Shown here in pieces: positions 57,061-64,000 of a stretch of DNA of 64,000 bases. Source of the stretch: Candidatus Methanosuratincola verstraetei (GTDB lineage Archaea; Thermoproteota; Methanomethylicia; Methanomethylicales; Methanomethylicaceae); assembly GCA_049570475.1 (NCBI GenBank), contig CP186953.1:960001-1024000 (forward strand), written 5' to 3'. Numbering within the stretch: position 1 is the first letter of the stretch; the number at the start of each line of letters is the position of its first letter. Made by a program: the position numbers and the translations under genes. Below the pieces are notes generated by a model. That model saw nothing but the letters and a program-made list of their open reading frames with translations, did no database searches and was not told the origin of the DNA.

Positions 57061-58251
57061 ATGATTAGGAAACACAAGAACCTGCTGAACTATTCTTTTG
57101 ATTGCCTAAGGAGGTACCGGATGAGGACCGCAGTGATCCTGATCACTTTCCTTGTCGCAACGACTATGATCTCTGCTGTCCTATTCACGAAGGACGGGCT
57201 CGAGAGGGAGGCCGAACTGAGCGTACAGTCCGCCCCTGACTTGACACTCCAGTATCTCAAGGGCGGTAGGGTGGAGCCGATAAACGCCTCCTACATCAGC
57301 TTGATCTCTGAGATACCCGGGGTCGAGAAAGTCCTCAAGCGGACATGGGGGTACGCCGGGATAGGGAAGTATACCTTCGTAGTCGTCGGGCTAGACCCCG
57401 ATGGGCTGGACTACTCGAGGGGCGTGATAACGAGCCTCGAAGATGGTCGTTTCCTGACGCCTGAGGACGAGGGCACCGGTAACATAGTGATCGGGAAGCT
57501 CCTCGCTTACATGCTGAATGTCAAGGTCGGCGACGACATAATACTCCTGAGCGAATCTGTGGAGACCAATAAGTTCCACGTAGTTGGGCTCTTCTCGGAT
57601 GCGTCCTCGATCTACACCGCCGACATGATCCTGATGTCCCTGGGGGACGCGAACAAGTTCTTCAGCATGCCGGAAGGGCAGGTCACGGACCTCTGCGTCT
57701 ACGTCAGCCCGTCCGAGGACCCTGCAACCGTGGCATCCAGGATGAACTCGATACCTAACCTCCGCGTGCTCGACCAGGATCTCCTGCTGAGGGGGTACAA
57801 GGCAGCCTACGGCGCCAGGGGCGGGATCTTCACAACTCTGTGGACGATACTCCTCGTGGCCATTGCCCTGATTGCCTTCAGCCAGGCCATCGTCGTGGGG
57901 CACGAGTCCCAGTTCGAGGTAGGCCTCCTGAAGACATTCGGTTTCTCGACCCTGGACATCATCGAGGTGAGGCTAGCCGAGAGCTTGGTCATCGGCTTCT
58001 TCGCGACCTCGCTCGGGATGCTTCTGGGCTTCTCCTACGCCGCGTTCCTGAATGCGCCTGGTCTCGTTGACATCCTGCTGGGCTGGGCTTACCTCCCCAG
58101 GGAGTTCAGGCTGCCCGTCTACGTGAGCCTCCAGTCGGTCTTCTCGATATACGCAGTGACCGTGATCCCGCTGCTGATAACTACGGTGGTCCCCGCTTGG
58201 CTGAACGCTATCACCGACCCCGAGCTGGCGATGAGGAGGGCTGCCGCATGA
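57061..58251 (+). CDS. ABC permease, LolE/MacB/FtsX family
   Basis: TM1 plus large extracytoplasmic domain (GRFL, VKVGD), EVGLLKTFG, three C-terminal TM. Confidence 0.9.
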   Translation: MIRKHKNLLNYSFDCLRRYRMRTAVILITFLVATTMISAVLFTKDGLEREAELSVQSAPDLTLQYLKGGRVEPINASYISLISEIPGVEKVLKRTWGYAGIGKYTFVVVGLDPDGLDYSRGVITSLEDGRFLTPEDEGTGNIVIGKLLAYMLNVKVGDDIILLSESVETNKFHVVGLFSDASSIYTADMILMSLGDANKFFSMPEGQVTDLCVYVSPSEDPATVASRMNSIPNLRVLDQDLLLRGYKAAYGARGGIFTTLWTILLVAIALIAFSQAIVVGHESQFEVGLLKTFGFSTLDIIEVRLAESLVIGFFATSLGMLLGFSYAAFLNAPGLVDILLGWAYLPREFRLPVYVSLQSVFSIYAVTVIPLLITTVVPAWLNAITDPELAMRRAAA

Positions 58252-58910
58252 TAGAGGTAAGGAACCTTACCAAGATATTCAACAGGGGTAAGTTCAATGA
58301 GACCGCCGCAGTCTTGGATGTCAGCCTAAAGGTGAAGGACAGGTCCATCGTGGCCCTCACAGGCCCGAGCGGCTGCGGAAAGACAACACTCCTAAGCATG
58401 ATCGGTCTGATACTCACGCCGACCTCAGGTGAGATCCTTTACGACGGGGAGAATGTCCTCCTGGCCTCCGACTTCTGGCGGACGATGTTCAGGAGGCAAA
58501 GCTTCGGCTTCATATTCCAGCACATTAACCTGCTGCCGCAGTACACGACCCTGGAGAACATCCTCCTCCCGCTCTACTCTTCTGACGTCGACCCGTGGGA
58601 GTACGAGGGGAAGGCAAGGGAGTGGCTTTCGAGGCTCGGCATAGCGGACAGGGCGGAGCACCTCGTCGAGCAGCTGTCCGGCGGGGAGCAACAGAGGGCA
58701 GCTTTCGTCAGGGCGCTCATCAAGGAGCCGAAATACATCTTCGCAGACGAGCCTACGGTCTTCGTCGACGAGGAGACTTCGCGCATCATCTACAACGTCT
58801 TCTCCTCCCTGAGGGACAGCGGGAAGACCGTCCTGCTGTCGACCCATGACCCGGAGCTAATGAAGATAGCGGATGAGACCTACCGCTTCTGCAAGGGAAG
58901 GTTGGTTTGA
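58248..58910 (+). CDS. ABC ATPase (LolD-like)
   Basis: GPSGCGKTT, LSGGEQQR, ADEPT, STHD. Confidence 0.93.
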   Translation: MIEVRNLTKIFNRGKFNETAAVLDVSLKVKDRSIVALTGPSGCGKTTLLSMIGLILTPTSGEILYDGENVLLASDFWRTMFRRQSFGFIFQHINLLPQYTTLENILLPLYSSDVDPWEYEGKAREWLSRLGIADRAEHLVEQLSGGEQQRAAFVRALIKEPKYIFADEPTVFVDEETSRIIYNVFSSLRDSGKTVLLSTHDPELMKIADETYRFCKGRLV

Positions 58911-59112
58911 CAGACAAGTGGGTGCCTGATCACTGGAGCCTAAGTCGGGCGGGATCAGTAAACGATTCCTGATCCTGCCTCCATCCAGCCCCCAGCTGGC
59001 AAGAAAGGCATTTTGCAGCCACCCTTGCAAATTCATTTGACTAGGCTATCTGGGAAAGGGAAACAGAATCAGTGCTATCGCAGTGCAAGCCCTTTTGAAA
59101 ATGTATGGGTTA

Positions 59113-59189
59113 TGGCGGGCCTGAAGGGATTTGAACCCTTGGCCAATGGGTTAAGAGCCCATCGCTCTACCGTACTGAGCTACAGGCCC
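59113..59189 (-). tRNA. tRNA-Lys(CTT)
   Basis: ATGGG-CTCTTAA-CCCAT arm; CCA. Confidence 0.95.
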
Positions 59190-59259
59190 GTCCGACTTTT
59201 CCATTTAGGAGGTGCAATTTAAAAGTATCGCTTCTTTTATCTTCAGTGAGTGGTTCTGC

Positions 59260-60051
59260 ATGCCTTCCCTAGCATTCATAGGATTGGGTCTGTATGACGA
59301 GAAGGGGATCAGTCTTCACGGTCTGGAAATCGCAAAGTCTGCCGAGATCGTGCTGCTTGAGAGCTACACGAATATAATGCCCGGGCTGAACCTGGAATCC
59401 TTGGGAAAAATGATCGGGAAAGAGATCCGTTTGATCGGCCGAAGGGAGGTCGAGGACGGCAAGTGGATACTTGATGCTGCCGCGAAGAGGGAGGTCGCGC
59501 TCCTCGTAGCGGGAGATCCTTTCGTCGCCACCACTCACGTCGACCTGAGGCTTAGGGCGATAAAGAGGGGCATTAGGGTAGAGGTGGTGAACGCGCCATC
59601 AATAGTATCGGTGGCACCCGGGGCTGTGGGCCTTCAGAACTACAAGTTCGGGAAGTCTGCAACAATAACCTTCCCCGAGCCACTCTCCCTGGTCCCTTAC
59701 GAGACTCTCAGGATCAACAGGAGCCTCGGCCTGCACTCTCTCTTCTTCCTCGACCTCCGCGTGGAGGAGGGCAGGTTCATGAAGGCGGGCGAGGCAATCC
59801 GCCTCCTGCTGGATATGGAGGCAAAGCAGCGGGGCGGCGTGGTCTCTGAAGAGATGCTCATGGTAGTCTTGGCTAGGGCAGGCTCCCCCTCCCAGCTCGT
59901 CAGGGCGGGTAAGGCGGCCGTGCTGGAGGACCTGGATTTCGGCCCTCCCCCACACTCACTGATAGTGCCAGGCCGCCTCCACTTCATGGAGGCAGAGGCG
60001 CTGGTTCTCATAGGCGGGGCAGAGGAGGACCTAGTGAGGGGATGCCTTTGA
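59260..60051 (+). CDS. dph5: Diphthine synthase
   Basis: FIGLGL, ESYT, GDPFVATTH, GLQNYKFG, GLHSLFFLD, FGPPPHSLIVPG. Confidence 0.95.
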   Translation: MPSLAFIGLGLYDEKGISLHGLEIAKSAEIVLLESYTNIMPGLNLESLGKMIGKEIRLIGRREVEDGKWILDAAAKREVALLVAGDPFVATTHVDLRLRAIKRGIRVEVVNAPSIVSVAPGAVGLQNYKFGKSATITFPEPLSLVPYETLRINRSLGLHSLFFLDLRVEEGRFMKAGEAIRLLLDMEAKQRGGVVSEEMLMVVLARAGSPSQLVRAGKAAVLEDLDFGPPPHSLIVPGRLHFMEAEALVLIGGAEEDLVRGCL

Positions 60052-60338
60052 GCTTTGAGGAAGAGGCAAGGAAGAAGCTCGAAAGGTACATCTCGGCGAC
60101 TGAAAGGGTCTTCAAGACCATGGATGTCTCGCTCCCGGAGGATCCGTCTCTTCGGAGGCTGGCTGAGGAGAATGTGCGCCTTTCTAAAATTTACTTCGAG
60201 GACAGCAAGTATTATTTCGGTAAGCAGGACTATATTACAGCGCTCGTGTGCATCGCTTACTGCGAGGGCATAATTGATGCATGCAGGAACTTGGGGTGGC
60301 TCAGATATGAGTGGACCTTCGGGACCTCGCCCGGTTGA
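60042..60338 (+). CDS. DUF357 protein
   Basis: YFEDSKYY...DYITALVCIAYCEGIIDA. Confidence 0.85.
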   Translation: MPLSFEEEARKKLERYISATERVFKTMDVSLPEDPSLRRLAEENVRLSKIYFEDSKYYFGKQDYITALVCIAYCEGIIDACRNLGWLRYEWTFGTSPG

Positions 60339-60369
60339 GCTCCGTTCCGGAGTGATGGGGGTGGGGTGA

Positions 60370-60819
60370 ACGGGGAAGCGCGTTCTTGCCGCAGGGTGCT
60401 TTGACCTGCTCCACTACGGGCACCTCCGCTACCTCGAGGAGGCAAAGAGGCTCGCAGGCCCGGACGGCGAGCTGATAGTAGTCGTGGCAAGGGACGCCAC
60501 GATCCTGAAGAGGAAGGGGAGGACACCCGTAATGAACGAGGAGCATAGGAGGGAGCTGGTGGAGGCGCTGAAGCCGGTGGACCGCGCAGTATTGGGTGGC
60601 GTCGACTTCGACACGAAGGCGATCCTAAAGTCGCTGATGCCTGACATAGTAGCCCTTGGTTACGACCAGGAGGATCTTGCAGAAGTGCTCCGCAGGGAGG
60701 GGTTCCGGGGGGAGATCGTAAAGCTCGGTAAGTACGGCGACATAAGCTCCTCGAAGATAAGGGCACTTCTTAACTCTGCTAAGCCTGCTAACACTGCGCC
60801 TGAGGCTCAACCCAAATGA
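60370..60819 (+). CDS. ribL: Archaeal FAD synthase (cytidylyltransferase fold); start codon unresolved
   Basis: In frame upstream of the listed ORF: KRVLAAGCFDLLHYGHLRYLEEAK...VVARD...ALGYDQ...SSSKI; converges on ribK. Confidence 0.85.
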   Translation, partial: TGKRVLAAGCFDLLHYGHLRYLEEAKRLAGPDGELIVVVARDATILKRKGRTPVMNEEHRRELVEALKPVDRAVLGGVDFDTKAILKSLMPDIVALGYDQEDLAEVLRREGFRGEIVKLGKYGDISSSKIRALLNSAKPANTAPEAQPK

Positions 60820-61508
60820 CTCTGTGCCGCATGGTCGCGGTTCAGGAAGACCTTCAGCTGGACCATGTCCCCGTCCCTGAGCCCGAACTTCTTTCTCAGG
60901 TTCTCTGGCGCAATTATCTCAAGCACTTCCTTGCCGTAGTGTGTGCGGTGTATCATCAGTATTGCCCCGTCCGCGGTGTCGTTCACCTTTGCCAAGAAGC
61001 ACTTGACGTCCCCATAGGTCCTCTCTGAGTTTGTGAAGCCCTTTATGATGATCCCGGGGAGCGCCTCGAGCTCATTCCTCGCCCTTATGTCTGCCGACGA
61101 CCTGAGCTTAAGGTTCAGGGTGCCTGGGAATGGGGCGAAACCAAGCTTCTCGGAGAACTGCTCCCTGTAGCCGCTCTTTGTGACGTAGTACGCCCCTTCC
61201 CCGAAGCCCGAAAAGACGTAGCCATTGAGGAACTTGACATTATCGATGCCCTCAAGCCCCATCTTCAGGGCATTGTAGACCTCCCTTATCGCATCCATCC
61301 CCTTCTCGGTTATCATAACCAGCTGCCCGTCGGGCGTCAGCTCCCGCGTTATGAGCCCACTCTCAACAAGCTCGAGGAGGCGCCTGGATGCCGTCTGCTG
61401 CGAGACCCCGATCATCCTCCCGAAGTCCGAGGTGCCAAGCAGTATCTGCCTTGTGTGCCCCCCCATCTTGAAGATCTGGAGAAGCGCGAACCAGAGATCA
61501 CCTTCCAA
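60807..61508 (-). CDS. ribK: CTP-dependent riboflavin kinase with N-terminal HTH (RbkR-type)
   Basis: SQQTASRRL; SGFGEGAYY, PFPGTLN, RTHY, LEIIAP. Confidence 0.93.
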   Translation of the reverse strand: MEGDLWFALLQIFKMGGHTRQILLGTSDFGRMIGVSQQTASRRLLELVESGLITRELTPDGQLVMITEKGMDAIREVYNALKMGLEGIDNVKFLNGYVFSGFGEGAYYVTKSGYREQFSEKLGFAPFPGTLNLKLRSSADIRARNELEALPGIIIKGFTNSERTYGDVKCFLAKVNDTADGAILMIHRTHYGKEVLEIIAPENLRKKFGLRDGDMVQLKVFLNRDHAAQSHLG

Positions 61509-62190
61509 TTGTGGGTCTGCCCTCCATGGTCCTCTTACTGTATCGATCTGCGAGAAATAAAGGCTCTGGTAACCGGTGCCCCCTCATGCACGCTTTCACA
61601 ATTTCCAGCGCGCGATCTGGGCTCATCCTGTGCCCGGCGCTGATAAGTAGCCTTCCCCCTCCAGGGCCGCGGATTATGCCTCCGACCTCTTTGCCGTAGG
61701 CGATGAGGCGATCCCCATCCACCGATCCGCCTTCGAACGAGAGGGGTGAGAGGCATACGCCGATGGCGGGGACATCGAAGGCGACCCCGAAGTGTGATGC
61801 TGCCCCAAGCCCCTCGGGGTGGAATGCGCCGTGCCCGTTAACTATGTAAGCAGAGGCCCTCGTGGCAAGCCTCCAGAACAGCGGGGCCAAGAACCGCATC
61901 TCCCTGAACCCGAGGAAGCCGGGCATGTATGGCACAGGCGCCTTGCCGTGATAGGTTTTTGCCTCGATCTCCTCCATTTCGGGGTAGCTCAGCACGACTG
62001 CCGCCGCGAACCCATCCTCTCCCCTGTAGGATACGTCCATCCCGCAGATTGAATGGATTTCGTCTGGCGGTGCCAGCGATACCATCTTGGCTAGGATGCA
62101 CTGCGCCTTCCTTGCCTTCCTCATGTCGAAATGGTGTTGGATAGGGATGCCCCGCTGCCCCCTTCCGAATACTGGCTTGTCTTTCAACAC
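61498..62190 (-). CDS. nfi: Endonuclease V
   Basis: GMDVSY, PYMPGFLGFRE, NGHGAFHP..GAASH, SAGH, RLPEP. Confidence 0.88.
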   Translation of the reverse strand: MLKDKPVFGRGQRGIPIQHHFDMRKARKAQCILAKMVSLAPPDEIHSICGMDVSYRGEDGFAAAVVLSYPEMEEIEAKTYHGKAPVPYMPGFLGFREMRFLAPLFWRLATRASAYIVNGHGAFHPEGLGAASHFGVAFDVPAIGVCLSPLSFEGGSVDGDRLIAYGKEVGGIIRGPGGGRLLISAGHRMSPDRALEIVKACMRGHRLPEPLFLADRYSKRTMEGRPTIGR

Positions 62191-62192
62191 CT

Positions 62193-63773
62193 TCAGCTCT
62201 GATCGATCACCAGTTCGGACTTGACACCGATGAACGCGGGTCCTCTTACGTCTATCTTCCCCTGCCTGCTGGATATGTACCTGAGCCCGACCTCCGAAAC
62301 CTTCAGGTTTATGTCGCTCAGTAGCTTGACCATCCTGACCCTTATGTCTGCTTGGCCTCCCCTCTCGATCCTCGACGCCGCCATCTTAGCTACTGCATCG
62401 ACGTACCTTATGCCGGTCCTGACGCCAGCCGACCTTGCTGCCCTCACCAGCTCAACGTTTTCCATCCCCTGCGGCGGGATGCCCAGTATGTTCGCCCTGT
62501 ACACCACCAGCTCGTTGAATGCGGCAGGCCCCACTAGCCTCACCCCGGGATCAGGCTCGTAAACCCTGACTCTAACTTCCCTGCCAGAGACCTTGCCCTC
62601 GTAGGCCATGAACTCGCACGGGCTCTCTGCATCCTTGTGCCCCTCAATTGCCTCCACTATGGCCCTCTCGACTGCCTTGCCCTCCTCGGTGAATGGCTCC
62701 TCGATGAACGAGAGCTGCCTGGCAAGGGAGGCATCCGAGAGCACCCACTCGCCGTAGAACTGCGGGTATGCAAGCTCCCTGACATCCTTGTAGCCGTGGA
62801 GGAGCATCGCCACCCTCTCAACCCCTATCCCTATGTTCAGGACTGGGTACTCAATCCCATAATGCGCCAGCGCAACAGGGCTGTATAGTCCGAAGTCCAT
62901 CAGCTCCACCCAGCCTGTCCCGCCGACCTTGGCGAAGACCTCGTGCTCCGTCCCTGGCGCATAGTACTTTGCGGTGACCTTCTTCCTCTCGACCCTTACC
63001 TCCCCGAAGCCGAGCCTCTTGATCACCTCTTCTGAGACCCGCTTGCCGTCCTCGACCGAGACCTCCTCGTCCATGATTATCGAGGACGCTGCGTGGTGGA
63101 ACCTCAGGTGCGTCGCGTCCTCCTGCTGCTCCCTCCTCGCCCTGAGGCCCACTGAGAAGAGCATCACGGGCATCTCCAGCTTATGCTGGACCGCCGCGCA
63201 AGTGAGGAACCACGCACTAGTCATGTGCGACCTCAACAAGAGCTTGGTGGGCACGGGCTCAAGCATCCTGAGCTCCGGGAAGACGTCGTTGAGTATCCTG
63301 AGTGCAGTGGTGTCCGGGACCCCGAGCCCTTCTGCAACCTTTTCTACCAGATCATCGCCGTCGACCTTCCCTTTCTTGTAGTCGTGGAATAGCTCCTTCA
63401 GCCTCGAAAGTGATGCCTCGTCGGTTGGGCCTCCTGCCTCCCTGATCTTCGCGATCCTCTCCGATCCGATCCCGATGTCCGGCCGGGGCAGCGCTGCCAA
63501 GTAGTAGCACCTGTCGAGTATTGCAGGCGCCTCATGCCCATACTGTTTGTATATGTCCCCCTCATCCACGATCATCGGGTTCACAGCCTCGTCGAACCCG
63601 AGCTCAAGGTAGATCTCCCTCAGCCTGTTTGCCGTCTCGATGAGGACGTGCTTTGTGCCCTTCTTCCCGGGCGCAAAAGCGCCCTTGCCTCCGACAAGGG
63701 ACCCCGTCTCTCTCCATGCCTCTTCGAAGTCCTTCTCAGCCTTCTCCAGCACTTCCTTGATCCTGATCTTCAT
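62193..63773 (-). CDS. sepS: O-phosphoseryl-tRNA(Cys) synthetase
   Basis: YKQYGHEAPAILDRCYYLAALPRPDIG, LRSHMTSAWF, RREQQEDATHL, FGLYSPVAL, IDVRGP. Confidence 0.96.
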   Translation of the reverse strand: MKIRIKEVLEKAEKDFEEAWRETGSLVGGKGAFAPGKKGTKHVLIETANRLREIYLELGFDEAVNPMIVDEGDIYKQYGHEAPAILDRCYYLAALPRPDIGIGSERIAKIREAGGPTDEASLSRLKELFHDYKKGKVDGDDLVEKVAEGLGVPDTTALRILNDVFPELRMLEPVPTKLLLRSHMTSAWFLTCAAVQHKLEMPVMLFSVGLRARREQQEDATHLRFHHAASSIIMDEEVSVEDGKRVSEEVIKRLGFGEVRVERKKVTAKYYAPGTEHEVFAKVGGTGWVELMDFGLYSPVALAHYGIEYPVLNIGIGVERVAMLLHGYKDVRELAYPQFYGEWVLSDASLARQLSFIEEPFTEEGKAVERAIVEAIEGHKDAESPCEFMAYEGKVSGREVRVRVYEPDPGVRLVGPAAFNELVVYRANILGIPPQGMENVELVRAARSAGVRTGIRYVDAVAKMAASRIERGGQADIRVRMVKLLSDINLKVSEVGLRYISSRQGKIDVRGPAFIGVKSELVIDQS

Positions 63774-64000
63774 GCCCCTTCCCCCTTCCCACTTCCGTTT
63801 ACATCCCTTTGCCCTTCCATTCCAGCAGAGGCCTTCTCGATGCTCCTCCTGATCAACAGCCCTTGGTGGGCTAGCGTGACATCCCCCCTAGTCTCCTCAA
63901 CAAGCCTCCTCATCACGTCCACCTTCCTCCTGAGGTTCGGGACCACCGCCCTCGGGTAGTCTATGGCCTTCAGAAGCGTATACGCCTCCTCCATCAGCTC
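63770..64000 (-). CDS. Translin-family protein (C-terminal part)
   Basis: MEEAYTLLKAIDYPRAVVPNLRRKVDVMRRLVEETRGD. Confidence 0.8.
   Translation of the reverse strand, partial: ELMEEAYTLLKAIDYPRAVVPNLRRKVDVMRRLVEETRGDVTLAHQGLLIRRSIEKASAGMEGQRDVNGSGKGEGA

Noticed and set aside
60367-60369. Genome-wide TGA recoding (Sec/Cys) suggested by the in-frame TGA before ribL
   Set aside because: TGA terminates many genes normally in this window, the position is non-catalytic and no SECIS-like element was recognised
1-64000. CRISPR array, rRNA, integrase or prophage
   Set aside because: No regularly spaced direct repeats, rRNA-like stretch, recombinase or viral hallmark gene seen

Overview
Archaeal chromosomal window, mostly housekeeping. 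The combination of an MtaA/MtsA-type methyltransferase plus corrinoid protein, SepRS, PolD small subunit, class I LysRS and a CdvB/ESCRT-III homolog suggests (inference) a TACK-lineage methylotrophic archaeon such as Methanomethylicia/Verstraetearchaeota. I can support about 70 CDS, 8 tRNAs (4 with introns), an internally deleted IS200/IS605 (tnpB) element, two pseudogenes and a candidate ORB-bearing region upstream of cdc6. Strongest candidate for an undescribed system: an operon (10761-13183, minus strand) encoding a glutaredoxin-like protein, an unannotated 56-aa Cys4 protein, a tandem GNAT acetyltransferase and a CysRS that lacks the anticodon-binding domain. This architecture parallels mycoredoxin/MshD/MshC, and the same window encodes SepRS, so it may make an unknown low-molecular-weight thiol. 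Second candidate: an accessory block (about 1.4-7.6 kb) carrying a heliorhodopsin, a two-domain TULIP/BPI-like protein with an Ada-type Zn finger coupled to an NHLP-leader-like small protein, and an mtsAB-like pair. Other oddities: arrestin-fold/Zn-ribbon/SPFH operon, apparently permuted MscL, Cys-pair PadR opposite arsM, ribL without a canonical start codon, prodomain-less subtilase, and a tRNA-Leu with a 36/37 intron. All family calls come from motif recognition by eye; no searches were run.
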